Below, one piece after another: positions 25,800 through 38,509 of a DNA stretch of 64,000 nt. The translations under genes and the position numbers were made by a program. Every line of letters starts with the position of its first letter. Position 1 is the stretch's first letter. Under the pieces are notes generated by a model. The model saw nothing but the letters and a program-made list of their open reading frames with translations. It was not told the DNA's origin and made no database searches. The DNA is taken from NCBI GenBank assembly GCA_050084985.1, contig JBITNC010000002.1, positions 8,184,001 through 8,248,000 of the forward strand, written 5' to 3'. This stretch comes from Nageia nagi (lineage: Eukaryota; Plantae; Pinophyta).

Positions 25800-27400
25800 T
25801 ATGACATCTTTTCATGGGGGTTAGTCATCAATAAAATGAATGGAATCTTATTAATGTATTTAAACCATGAACTAATCCATCTTATGATGAAATATTTTTC
25901 ATAATAGATCATGATGGATTATGCAAGTTCCCTAACCCACCTTATCATGTATTAGGTGCACCCTCTAAGAAGAGTTAATTTAATATAAATATAATGTCTA
26001 GGTCCATCATAGGGTCTAGTTGGTAATAAAATTTTTTTTTTCTTTAAAGGTAATTAAAACAATATTTAGTGTTCTATATATGTTTTGGCTACACTTCTTA
26101 CAAATCTTAACATTCCTCTCTCTCTAAAATGATTTGGCATATATGTGATACCATCAATATCTAAATAGATCAAATTTTCTTCTAATAAAATCCCAATTCA
26201 CATTAGTTGAGAAAATTGATAATAGATCTTGGTCTAGCACCTTGAATTCCCATTATGTATTTAATATATATCCCAAATTTTAGAAGAGAACTCATAGTGG
26301 ATTAGTAGGTCATCAATCGAATCTTTCTTCCTTTTGCAAAGTAGATGTACAAATTTGGGAAGATGAAGCCTTTTTTCCTAAAATTATCACTAGTGTATAT
26401 TTTGTTTAGATAAGTAGGATATTTTAAGGATGGGGGTTTTGGCCTATACCTTACTCCATAAGGTTGTTCTTCTATCCTTTTCATTAATGTTTAGCCAATT
26501 GTATCCAATTTTCTTTAATATTTCTTCTTACTCTCCTTTTGATCAATTCATTAAAGAGTATCTATTTTTTCCTTGGGGAAATCATATATATTATTCAAGA
26601 TTTCTTCTTAGAAACTACAAATTTGCTTCCATACCATTTTTTGGGGCAAGGAGGTTTTTCCATACTACTTTGTTATTCCTTATTTTAATGTAATTACGTA
26701 CTTTCAACCCAATATTGGTTTTGGTCCATACCATGGTTAGTTGAAGTTCAACTTGATGTGAAAGATGAGGTCTCTCAATTCAAGGTCCATCCCAGAAGAA
26801 AATATTTTGGCTTTTACTTACATCCCATCTCGATTTTTTCTAGATGTTTTCTCTTACTTCTAGTAATCTATTTCAGAAGGAGGATACCTTAAAGTTGTTA
26901 TTTATTCCAAGGAAGCTATTGTCCTCTTAATCTAAGTACTTGTGCTTATATATTTTGGTCCATTCATTTTCATAACCACCACCTATTTTCTAAGCTAATT
27001 TTGAACACATAGTTTGGTGGATTTATTAGATTTATCTTATTCCAAGTCCTCCTTCACTTTTCTTTCTATAAATGATTTACCAAGCTAATAATGTAAACTC
27101 TTTCTTTTCCTCAATAATTATCCATACAAATCTTCCATATATCTCATCTATCTTATGTATTACTATGGATGGGATTTTAAATATATTTTCCATGTACACA
27201 AGAGCACTTTGAAGGGTGGATATGAGTAGTTGCACTTTTCCTACTCAGAAAAGCCCCTTTCCAACCTTCCATTTTTTCCCAATTCGATCCATTACTCTTT
27301 TCTAGAATTCTATTATCATTCTTCCATCAAAAAAGGGCATACTAAGTTAGAGTAAATGGAGGATATCAATCCTAGATTGAAAAATATTGGTAATTGATAT
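25800..27400 (-). mobile_element. Degenerate L1-clade LINE ORF2 3' fragment (post-RT and zf-RVT region)
   Basis: The minus strand reads GKVQLLISTLQSALVYMENIFKIP...RFVW...LLAW*IIYRKKSEGGLGIR, the typical plant L1 post-RT motif. Confidence 0.8.
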
Positions 27401-27849
27401 ACAATACCTATTATCTTTACCTATAATAAAGATTAGATGTTAGGTTTAAAGTTGTACATATACTAAGATTTCCCATGCAAGATTTCTTCTTAGTAGACCT
27501 CACTTCTAAAGTACCAATGCTAATGCTTTTATGGATAATGTCGAAGTACCGAGGCTACAAAATATTGATGATAGATATCACAATAAAGTTTGATTGTGGT
27601 AATCCTACAATAATAGGTCTAACTTAGAAAATAATTATCTTGATATTGCAAATAAAAAATCTTGATATGTTCTTGCTTGGGATATTGATAAGGATAAATA
27701 GTGATTAGAGATATCAAGACAAACACATGATAGTTATCACATGTATACATTTCCTCCTTATTATGAAAAGTCTCTACTTGAGCTAATCTAGCTCTCTTAG
27801 CATTGCTTGATCCTTGAACCATAAAAGAAGGAAATGTGTGATATAACAT

Positions 27850-28980
27850 ACATGTCGATATTGAATAATAATATATCATAAATGATATCAAAATATTGAA
27901 TATATATATATCATCTTATTTTAAGATATCTAAAATAAAAAAAGTGTTTTTATTTTAGGTGTCAACAAGTATGCTCAAATGTTGAAAAAGAGTTATAATT
28001 AATGTGATGTGAGGTATAAATTATGGGTAGATAACATTTTATATAATAGTGAGAATGATTTTGTTTATTAGGTGCATTAAAAATATATATTTAACAACAA
28101 ATCATACCCACTATCAACATGACATGAATGCATTTCATTATATCAATTTGGTAAAGAAAAATTTAAGAAAATTTGAAGTATATGATTCTTAGGAATCAAT
28201 GAAAAGGATATAATTATATATGTTGGATGTCATAACATATCACAAATATAGTTATCAAAGGAGAAATAAGAAATCTTGTATCATATCAACCCACAATGGT
28301 TAGATAGTATAGTTTTATGGTCAAGATTTTCTAACATCCTCCATGCCACTTAAGATATCTTCAAACCCTTCCAAACATCTAAATCCCTTAAGAGAGACTT
28401 TTTTTTTTTTAAGTCAATTTTATTTTTAATCCCTTATTTTACAAAATGGTTCACAAACAATATAAAGCAAAAAGGGGCATAAAGAAAGACCAAAATTGTG
28501 AAACCTCGATCTCATAATATTATTTGAGATCTATCATCTCTTTAAGGAAGTATCTACAAAACACAGTAATATATTTTTCTTTTCTCACTTTTGAAATGTG
28601 ACCTATATATTACCATAACATCTATAACAGGCGAAATACTTAGTAGGAGGTTTTGAAGGGTTAAAATTTGTCAAACATGTATACAAAATATCATATTTCT
28701 TATTTCAATTTGATATATGCTAGATATATAATTATGATACTTGTTTGTTAGACCTTACATACCTTAGTTAGATCATAATTATCATATTACACCATATTAT
28801 TCATACATTAAATGAACATATTCTAAATTAATTTTTATAGTAAATAATTTTATTTTATTATTGCTTTTAATTAACTTAAGTTATTTATAAAAAGTAAAGT
28901 ATCCCACTCTATTTCTTGGATGTTATAACACATGATAAATACATTTATAAAATAAGAAATAAGAAACTTTTTATCTTAGA
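27850..28980 (-). repeat. AT-rich dispersed repeat (TATGACATCCAA subrepeats), inverted copy
   Basis: The reverse complement of 28690-28800 resembles 58100-58200. TTGGATGTCATA at 28223 and 33763 mirrors TATGACATCCAA at 2055. Related copies lie at ~33000-34150 (-), ~57450-58900 (+) and 1779-2500 (+). Confidence 0.65.
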
Positions 28981-29011
28981 TCCAAGCAATGAATCATACT
29001 CCATATATTGA

Positions 29012-29240
29012 TGCCTTGTCCAGTAAAGCCATGATGTTTTTGATGTTGATTTGAATTACAACCCATGTCAGAAAGAACATCTCGCTCAATTCTGGATGGG
29101 TATTCATGTTTTTTTGACCTGCAATTATCTCAACAAGCATTATGCCAAAACTGTAAACATCGACCTTGAGAGTGATAGGCAGCCCAAAAATCCACTCAGG
29201 AGCCAAGTAGCCTCTGGTTCCTCATATCATTGAAACATGT
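29012..29240 (-). pseudogene. Inverted, eroded SD2 kinase fragment (subdomains VIII-X)
   Basis: GTRGYLAPEWIFGLPITLKVDVYSFGIMLVEIIAGQKNMNTHPE...ALLDK aligns to copies A and B. CpGs are largely lost. Confidence 0.92.
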
Positions 29241-30479
29241 TTTTGCAAGTATAACAAATTTTCAATGTAAGTTGAATTAATTTATAACTTTTAAAGATAA
29301 AATTTTAACAATAATTATTTAATAATGTCTAATACATTGCAAATCAATTTTTGCACACTTTAATGCAACTTTTTTCTTGTGTCATTTGTTAAATATTTTT
29401 TATGATAAAGACAAAGGGGGGAAATTGTATTAAACATTGATTACTGTGAATATGCATAAGGTTAATTATTTTTGAATATGCATAATAGTTCTTGGATGTC
29501 TTAGAATTTGAAGTGAAAAATGAGATTTCTTTCAAACTTTGATATGCACTATTCTTATTGGTGGCAATACTATTTTGTTAGTATATGCATACTATTAAAA
29601 TGAAAACTCTATAGTGCATTTGCATTGATATTGCACATTATGAAAAGCATTATTGGCATGCTTCTATATGCACTAAAATAAAAAAAATTGTTGCCACTAA
29701 AATAAAAATTTGTGATGCATTTGCATTATGTTGCTTGGATATGCACATGATGATTATGCTTGGTGTTTTGTTCAATGTATATGCATAGAGTTATTATGCA
29801 ATGAATAAGCATAGTATTTGAATTGAAATTTGTGTAAATTTTCAAATTCTATGAAGTGCACTATCCATATTGGTTGCAATGATATTATGCTTATATATGC
29901 ATATTCTTAAGATAGAAATTTTTGTGCTAGTGTTTGAAAAAAAATATTTTTTTTCAAACCTTATATGCACTATGTCGATGTGCATTGGACTATGAATTTA
30001 TATATTCAAAATTATGTATATCTACACATTTGTTATTTTATATCAATGGTTAATATGGAAATTTTTGAACTTCCAAAATTCTTTTTATGCATATTATTTG
30101 AAGAAATTATTTTTTAAATTATCCTCATTATTTATGCACATTGTGGATGAAAACATTTTGGTTATACATACATTCTTGTTTATACACATTATTCTGAATA
30201 CGAAGTTAGTTAAAATTTTTGAATTGTGCATAAATTCTTATTGGAGTAAAATTTATAATTTTTCTTAACATTGAAATTATTTTGTATTAATCCTTAAAAT
30301 TTTTACTTATGCATATTGGATAATATACTTGTTGAAGTGCAAAGTTTCTAAACTTTCTTAACAAGATTTGTTGAGAATAATTCAATATTGATTGCTTTTG
30401 CATAAGTAAAAAAAATATACGAGTACTTTTGAAAAATTTACATTCTTCTCTAATTCGGTAGAGCTTAGTAATATGCAAC

Positions 30480-31510
30480 ATTTTTTTGATAAAGTTACTC
30501 TTAAGGGGGAGTATAAAATTTAAGCATTTTTTAAATATACTTTTATAATTGAAAAATTTATCTATATTTATAGATTGATGCCATTATACTTCTATGTTGA
30601 TGGAAGAATATCCATATTGATGGATCAAATCCAAGAATATTTTTTATTGTATGTGATTATAAGTATTGGCTTGGCATCTTCATGATGATTTATAGTACAC
30701 CATTTACCATATGTTTACTTCCATATTGGTAAGTTATATTCTTGATGATGGATTGATTATCACATTGCTATTTGTTAGCAAGTTGTAATGGATGGAGTGG
30801 TTAAAATGGTTTCCTATTTTCCATGATTGCATATTATGGTTTAAAAGGTTCACCTTTCTCTAAAATTAAATTTTTTTGATAGATTTTGAATCCATACTAT
30901 TGGATTAATGCTACCAAATTATATCATTTGCATCTTGACAAAGTGGCATAGTCAAGTTTGCTTATTGTGGCTAGTTATTCATAAATAAGAACTTATGTGG
31001 CTTATGTTATGCTTTTAAATCTTGACTTGGTGTTTTAATCAAGTTGACATTTTTTGTGGCTTGAAAATATTGACTTGGAGATATAATCAAGTGGTTTTGC
31101 CTTGTAAATCTTGACTTGATGGTTTGGTCAAGTAGGCATTTTTGTGATTTAACTTGGTGGTTTAGTTAAGTTGGTTTGTTTATGATTTGAAAAATATTGA
31201 TTTGATATTTTAATCAAGTTGGCATTTGATGGCTTATGATATGGTTAAGATAACATGGTCACATAAGTATTTGATTGGTGAAGTTATCATCAAAGGGGAG
31301 AAACACGTTATAAAAATATTATGATATGATAAACCTCTCATATACTAAAATAAATACAAAATAATGATTAAAATAAACAAATATAAAAATAAAAAAATTT
31401 GATGATATTTTTTATCATTGGTTGAGAATGCATTTATATCATTTTGTTGGTTATGCATTTTATAATGTTGTACACATATGGTATTATTAATATCATATTA
31501 TTAATGATAC
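30480..31510 (+). mobile_element. Copia 3' internal non-coding fragment with a five-unit hairpin repeat (31017-31225)
   Basis: GATAAAGTTACTCTTAAGGGGGAGT resembles the pol end at ~417-440. 30666-31510 aligns with 38510-39390, and its start aligns with 850-890. Confidence 0.7.
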
Positions 31511-31519
31511 ATTTTTTTA

Positions 31520-32863
31520 AATAAAAAAATAACAATATCAAATAAAAAAAATCAAACTCTGTATAAAAAATAGAGTTCCAATTTTTAATATTACAAAAAA
31601 TAATTTGCAAATACTTGTAACTTTTATTTGTTACAAACAAATTGTAACCTCCTTTTTTTGTGTAGTAAATTCTTAAGATCGAAAAGAAGTTTTTTTATTG
31701 TACATAGAATAAAAAATTTGCAAACTTTTGTTAAAAAAATTGCAAGAAATAGTAAAATTTTACAATTTTTACTATCAAACATTTTAGCTTTCTTACAAAA
31801 AATATAACCTCATTACAAAATATCACACAAATTGAGTTTTTTGTAAGATTATAAAAAAATTAAATATATCTCATCATAGTTTTCAATCTAATTATGTAAA
31901 AATATTAGATCTAACTATGCAAAAAATTAGATATGCTGATTTTCACAAGATCTAAAAAATCTAACCATATACCATATGTTAGATCTAGTTTTTAAATACT
32001 ACTAACATGTAGTTAAGGTAAAATTTTACCTTAAATTTGAGCCCATTATCCTCAAGAAAAAACATGTTAGTATTGATCAATATAAATTTCAAGTATTAAA
32101 GATATTAACTAGATCTAATAAAAAATAATAGATCTAATGGTTAACCTTAAAAAAAGTTTAAATAAATTAAAGGTTAAAAAATTCTAGCCCTAAATTAGAT
32201 CTATCAAAGTTTTCAATCTACCCATACAAAATATAGTAGATCTAGCTTCTAGTTTTAAAATAAAATTAAAATAAGATTAGGGGATAGGTATACCTTTAAT
32301 TTGAGGAGAGTTACCTCAAGATCACTAAGTAGATACTTGAAGGAGATCATCACAAGGAGGCTCTGATACCACATGATGGAATTGAGGGATTCCATAAACC
32401 AAAATCTCTTGTAGCTTCTCCAACAAATCTAACTTTTCACCATCTAACTAAGAACAAATCATTCATAAAAATGAGAACACACAATGTATAGTGCTTCCTC
32501 CAACTCTTGGAAGTACATCCACTTTGAATCATTTCTTCTATTACTTCTCACAAGAGAATTATCCTACAAATTTTCAAGAATTCTTCTACAAAGCTCCTAC
32601 AAGAGCATTCCTACAACTCTACAAGACTAACATCATCATACTTCTACAAGTATAATGAGAGGAAAGGTACCTCTCAATTTATAAGATGAAACCTACTCTT
32701 TAACCACCCTTTTACCCAAGGGTAAGGTTAAATATTTTTCTATATTAATTTATTCCTTTAATATTTTAAGGTATCTAGAGATACTTTAAGCATTAAGTGG
32801 ATTTGCAGTGTGGGTTTACATTAAATAGATATATTACACAATAATGCATTATAATTTTCAACA
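31520..32863 (-). mobile_element. Copia 5' LTR (32374-32863, 490 bp), PBS tRNA-iMet (32359-32371) and leader, minus strand
   Basis: GGCTCTGATACCA is the reverse complement of TGGTATCAGAGCC. The LTR is the reverse-complement homolog of 39846-40335. The leader boundary is approximate. Confidence 0.88.
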
Positions 32864-34410
32864 AACCCAAGGCTTGACCCATTTCTGAGTTGAATCCTTT
32901 GAATGGCATGGTAACCTCTAAACACATTTTTAATTTGTATGGGGATAAATCTTCAAGTTTTTGAATGTTGGTTGTTGCATTAAACCCATGTCACTTTTGA
33001 GTGTGAGATAGAGTAGTTATATGATTTAGTTATCAAAAATCTTATTTGGATACTATTTTAGCCCTTATTGTATAATAAAAAAATGTTAATTTATTTTTAA
33101 TTATGAAATTTAATTTAATTTGAATATTAAGTGTAAGCATATTAATTTATGTTTAATTATGAAATTGTACTTTATGCCTTTTTAAATATTGATTTTATGT
33201 TCTTTTTAGTGCTTACTTCATACTCAAAATCAAAAAGAGAAAAACTATATGCTATGTTACCATAAAGTAGGTGTTGACAAAATATAATTGATTTTTAGCC
33301 AATAATAACCATAAGTATGTCCAAAGACATCAAAAAAATTGTAATTAATTATATGATGTTGGGTATCAATTAGGTGTAAACTATATTTTATCTAGTAGTA
33401 AAAGAACTATTATTTTATTAGGGGTATGAGGATAAAATCAAGAACATATATTTCATAGCAAACTATAACCATTATCAACAATAACATGACTATGTTTAAC
33501 TATGTAAACTTGCTAAAAAAAATGTAAACAACTTAGTACTGCATGAGGTATGGAAATCAAAGAAATGGTTTTCATTGCATATCTTGGATAACATAACATA
33601 TGTATATATTTATCTTTGGACAAAACTTGATAGGTTATATCAACCATAGGATTTTAATGACGTTAAAAGATGTCCTTTGTTCATTGATGTCATAAATGAA
33701 TTTAGCAAAAGAAAGATAAGTAACTTTTTCTTGAATGGAAGTAAACAATTTCATTCTATATATTGGATGTCATAACATATCATAAATGTATTTAGCAAAG
33801 AAAAGTAAAGAAAAGATAAATAACTTTCTATTAAATTAAATAGTATAACATATCAAATGATAGATAAATAACCTTCCCTTAATTTAAAGTTAAAAATCTT
33901 TTTCTATATCTTAAATGACAAAATATATTATGAATACATTTACCTTATCTTGAAATAACCCAAAAGATCACATTCCATATTCTAAATGGGATAACATATC
34001 ATGAATACCTTTAACAAAAGAAAGCTAAATAACCTTATTTTATTAAGAAAGTGAAACCTGAAATAATTTTTCCACCTTACAAGGAGGATGAGACAAAAGT
34101 TTTTAATATAACATACTCTCCAAGCACTAATATCTTAAGGTTATCATTAATAGTTCAATCTTACTAACAATATCCTTTTAAAATTTTAATCATGGAACGA
34201 CAGCCCATAAACATTTATTTTTTTCGTACTTTTATTTTATGCTTGTGTTACTATAATTGATCCACTCCGATGTATTATTATTTATTTAGGCAATTGGAGT
34301 TTATGGTCAAAAGTGAAGTCCACCATACCCTTGGTAATAAAGTTTGGACCGTTCCGGCCAAAGTAAATTTCTGACATTCATCTTCTACAAAGAGGAGAAA
34401 CGAAAGGGGA

Positions 34411-34707
34411 TCATCCAGCGGAGGCCATGGAAAGAGACACGGCTTCCCTCTCCTCATGCCAATACACCATCAAGCTGTTGGGCTCTGCAACCAGGGCTTG
34501 AAGAGACATGCGCACGGGAGGCACCGCAACATCCTCATTGCCTTCCAACATCTGCATTACTTGTTTCATCGACGGCCTTGCATCTTCGTCGTCCTGGATG
34601 CACCATCCCACCACCATCGCAGATCTTTTGACTTTTTCTGCTTCTGCGTTGTTGTGGAGTGTCTTGTCGAGCAAAGCCTCGGTATGTCCAGCGTTGATCT
34701 GAATCAT
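34411..34707 (-). CDS. Truncated SD2 kinase paralog: open 98-aa ORF encoding only the kinase C-terminal end and tail (possible microprotein or pseudogene)
   Basis: MIQINAG...WCIQDDEDARPSMKQVMQMLEGNEDVAVPP...SMASAG* aligns with the ends of copies A and B and has its stop at the homologous position. The homologous 3' flank continues to ~34290. Confidence 0.6.
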   Translation of the reverse strand: MIQINAGHTEALLDKTLHNNAEAEKVKRSAMVVGWCIQDDEDARPSMKQVMQMLEGNEDVAVPPVRMSLQALVAEPNSLMVYWHEEREAVSLSMASAG

Positions 34708-34719
34708 ACTATTTTATGT

Positions 34720-35300
34720 ATACATTTTGTTCTGAGATTTTGTTGACTTCACGAACAGCAAAGATTCGAAATCCACAATGACTTTTCCGTGGATTATAAG
34801 CAAAAACATTGGGCTTTATTTTTGTTGAATGATGAGTAACATAATTCCACAGAGATGAACTTGACCAAATATTTAGGTTGCGGGTGAAACTCTTAACGGC
34901 GTCCAATCATAAGAATACCATATCTTACATATCCTGTTTTTTTTTTAATCTCGAGCAATACGAATGATTAAAAAAATAATTTAAAACGCAACAAATACAG
35001 CAGTGCATTGCACGTCAAGTCCACTAGTGAAGAAAATACCGCATTAGAACTAGAATATCACAGGCAGGCAATTATATTTAAATTCAGTCAAATCGTGGAA
35101 ATGAATCTGGTATGGGAAGTGAATTAAAAAACAATTATATTTAAATTCGGTCAAATCATGGAAATGAATATTGTATGGAAAGTGAATTAACAACTGCATT
35201 AAATATATTGTAGTTAAACTATATAATCAGTGGGTCAACTCGTCCGTAAGATGCTGTCACATGGTAGTAACGTGCAGGAGAGAGGATTGACTTTGACTTA
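34720..35300 (-). promoter_or_regulatory. CpG-retaining, W-box-rich promoter-like region upstream of the truncated ORF
   Basis: TTGAC(C/T) or its complement at ~34743, 34861, 35087, 35149, 35233, 35287 and 35293. TATAA-like motif on the minus strand at ~34795. A 63-bp tandem duplication lies at ~35070-35190. Confidence 0.45.
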
Positions 35301-35361
35301 GTACCATCTTACAACATCTTACGGAAGAGTTGGCCCTTCGATTATATAGTTTAATTATAAT
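35207..35361. ncRNA. 155-nt hairpin, candidate pre-miRNA or MITE-like foldback
   Basis: Arms 35207-35270 and 35298-35361 pair over ~64 positions with only symmetric mismatches (e.g. TCCGTAAGATG/CATCTTACGGA, GGGTCAACTC/GAGTTGGCCC). Loop 27 nt. Confidence 0.55.
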
Positions 35362-35381
35362 TATATACACATAAATATAAG

Positions 35382-35383
<2 letters not shown>

Positions 35384-35419
<36 letters not shown>
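35384..35419. repeat. (TA)n microsatellite
   Basis: About 18 perfect TA units. Confidence 0.95.
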
Positions 35420-35421
<2 letters not shown>

Positions 35422-38049
35422 AAGTATATATACATAAATTTAGGAGATATAAATTTTTAAAATTTAAGTTTATATACTTTCTAAATACATGTGTATATAT
35501 AGGAAGTTTAATGCATAAATTTTAGGTATATATGAGGTTAAAAACATGGATCTAAAAATTTGTAAATGTTGGTATTAATTTTTGAACGTAATGCATTAAC
35601 TTGTAAGTTATCGAGATTGAAATAATATACAATGAAAGTTTTAATTTTTGTATATTTTGAACATATAAATTTTGGATGTATATATAAATAAATTTTGGGG
35701 GTATATACACAAATTTTTGGGGGTATACATATATAAATTATGGAGCTATATAGAGGTATATATACATAAATTATGGGGGTATATAGCGTGGGTGGGGTTA
35801 GTGTAGGATGTCGAGTCCACAAAAATGGTCAAAAAGTGAATATTTTTCCCTTAATTTTTAAGTTTGATCACAAGTGATATCAAAATTTGAAGTACTTATA
35901 CATGGAATCATGAAAAAGGTCATTAGGGAAAAATATGTATTGCTTGATGTCTAGTTTTCAAATATATAATTTATTCTAATATCTAAATGATAAAAGTTGA
36001 TTTTTGATATACATGTCTAAAATTCACTTTTAAAATGTATGATTTTAGGATGATACAATATACAGAAATAATAATTTGATTAGATTAATTTTTTTTTTAA
36101 AATCTTTTGGATAAAGATACCTAACACATTAAAGATTGTGCATGATATTTTTTCATAATCCTTTAATGAATAGTTTTTTATTAGTTTTTTTACTAGCCCT
36201 AATTGTTGTTTCGAAATGTGCCCATGTACAATGCACAAAATTTGACCTTAACTTATCATTTTTTAATTTTTTTATTTAATAGAGATTTTTTTGTAAATTG
36301 AACATTAACATGTAATTTATTTTTCATAATTCCCAAAAAATAAAAATTTTATTAAAAAAATAAAGAGAACTTGATTTTTCAAGTTTAAGGACCAGTTTCA
36401 TTGAAAATAAATTTATAAATAGAAAATATAATCAAATTGTAAAAAAATTACATTGCCATGAACAAGAAGTTGTAGGTCTAAGGTTAAGACTTGGCTCACT
36501 AAGCCTTTCCCAAGCCTAAATTCAAAAAATAAAATTTTAGTTCATAAAAATTTTCATCATTCTTTTGGCACCCTTTGCACAGGGGTTATATTTCTACGAA
36601 ATGAAATTTTGGTATTTAAAAACAAAAATTTCATTTTTGGTTCGAGGACCTAAACCAAAATAAAATTTCAATTTTTAAATACCAAAATCGTATTTTATTT
36701 TTTGTTTGGGTTGTCAATCCAAAATAAAATTTAGCTATTTACATATCAAAATTTTATTTTAGGTCATTTTTTCTAAGTATAAAATGTCCACCTTAAGTGG
36801 ATCCAACTTCTTGCATCCACTCGATAAGCATCGGAGTGGTGGTGGAGCAGTGGTAGATTTTACATAAACTTTGAGGGGTGTACAATCAAATTTGGCTAGA
36901 TGATAGCCTTCTTCCAAAATGAAATGCATAACCCATGGATAAATGTACCATTTGACAATAAGCAAAAGAAAGGGAAAGAGATACAAAAGAAATAATGTAA
37001 TTTCCTAAGCAACTCTGCTAGGCAACAAAACCCCTCTCATTGAGAATTTGGAAGAGTCTACTTTAGGTAGAGGTAACACTTTCAAATGCAATGATTTAAT
37101 TTAGTATAATTAGAAATAACAAGAGTAGGTTTTTGGTATTGAAGTAAAGGAAGAAAGGTGTCGTTTTTTCAAGAGAGAGATAAAGATGTAGGGGAGCTAC
37201 TATTATATCCTCACCAACTATATTATGAGGTGTATTTTATTTTTTTATTTTTTAAAAATTAAGAGAATTTCACATGATGGATTCGTACAAATTATATCAT
37301 GCATTTCATATTTTAATATTTTTGATTTACTAAAGTTTTGATCAAATTCTATATTTTTATGTAAAAGAGTTGTATTATAAAATAAAATTGGTGTTGTATT
37401 TTTACATTAAATTTATAAGTAATTTGAATGTTCCAATTCGTATTTCTTAATCATATTATTAGAATGAAGTTTTTCTTTTTTATCTATATATTCTTTTGAT
37501 ATTATAGCTTATGAGTAAAGTATTGTAATATATTATACTTTTAAGAAGAGCATCAAGTGTTATAAGGATTTCTTGTATGCAAAGTAAATTTAGGTTTTTA
37601 TTTTACAATTTTTCTATCACATAGAATAATTACTATATAGGACCATTCATTGTTTCATCCATGATCAGCATATACATTATCTAAGGTAGTGGTTGGTGAT
37701 CGCTCAAATGACTAATTCAATTGAGATTGAATATGTTAGAGCTCTTAATGGTATCAGGGAAGCATCCTTGCAAGTCCATCCCCAAAGTGTTTAGCATGGT
37801 AAAGATTTTGTACCTCAAACTTTTATTCATTATGATGAATTTAAATTTGTGTGTCAATGACATGAATGCACACACCCTGGTATTTTTCTTTTTGGTTCAT
37901 ATACTTAATGATACCTTGCTTTATTCCTACATTAATCAAGTATAAAGTCCTTATAGTGTCAAAGTTGATAATGTTCAAAATTTAATGAAAGATTATACAT
38001 TGTGTTTTTTTTCTTTTATCTTATGCATGCACAAAAAGTTATGAAGAAA

Positions 38050-38400
38050 GTATTGTGGATGGTATGTAACTCTTTATTGATTCTAAAAGGTTATACTAGG
38101 GATTTTAATATAGCTGATAAAGTTGCATGTGAAGTTCCTATCTAGATTAAATTTCCAAGGTTTCTTATCCCCTTTTTGGAATTTTTTGCACACTTTGGTT
38201 GCATCCTTATGGAAGTTTTCTTAGTTTGAACCTAGCAAATTATTTTCTACTCGACTTAATAAATTAATTTGTGTCAAATTGGACCTTACCAAGGATCTCC
38301 AAGAGCACCTTGATATCAACATTGGTGTTTTTTTTCATCAATAGTTGCTTTATATTAACATGCCAAATACTTTGTATTTATTGTTCATCAAAATAAGATT
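38050..38400 (+). mobile_element. Degenerate L1 LINE ORF1 fragment (DUF4283-like)
   Basis: WMVCNSLLILKGYTRDFN...VPI*IKFP...ICVKLDLTKDLQEHL matches the plant L1 ORF1 pattern VPVWI.LP...ICV..DL.K.LP. Confidence 0.65.
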
Positions 38401-38509
38401 TTGTTGATATTTTTTTACCTAAATCCTAATTGCTAAGGTTGGTAAATTTATCCTCAAGAAGGATTGAAGTAATGCTTACTTCATCCTTAGGAGGGTTGTG
38501 ACTAAAAGT

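Noticed and set aside
28990-29000. 11-mer TGAATCATACT shared with the 34700-34710 junction
   Set aside because: It sits at opposite ends of the two fragments and fits no simple recombination model. Chance in AT-rich DNA cannot be excluded.
35316-35338. Hairpin 3' arm as a miRNA against the kinase MPN-S-L region (~21001-21020)
   Set aside because: About 6 mismatches in 20 nt, including the seed side, which is too weak for plant miRNA targeting.
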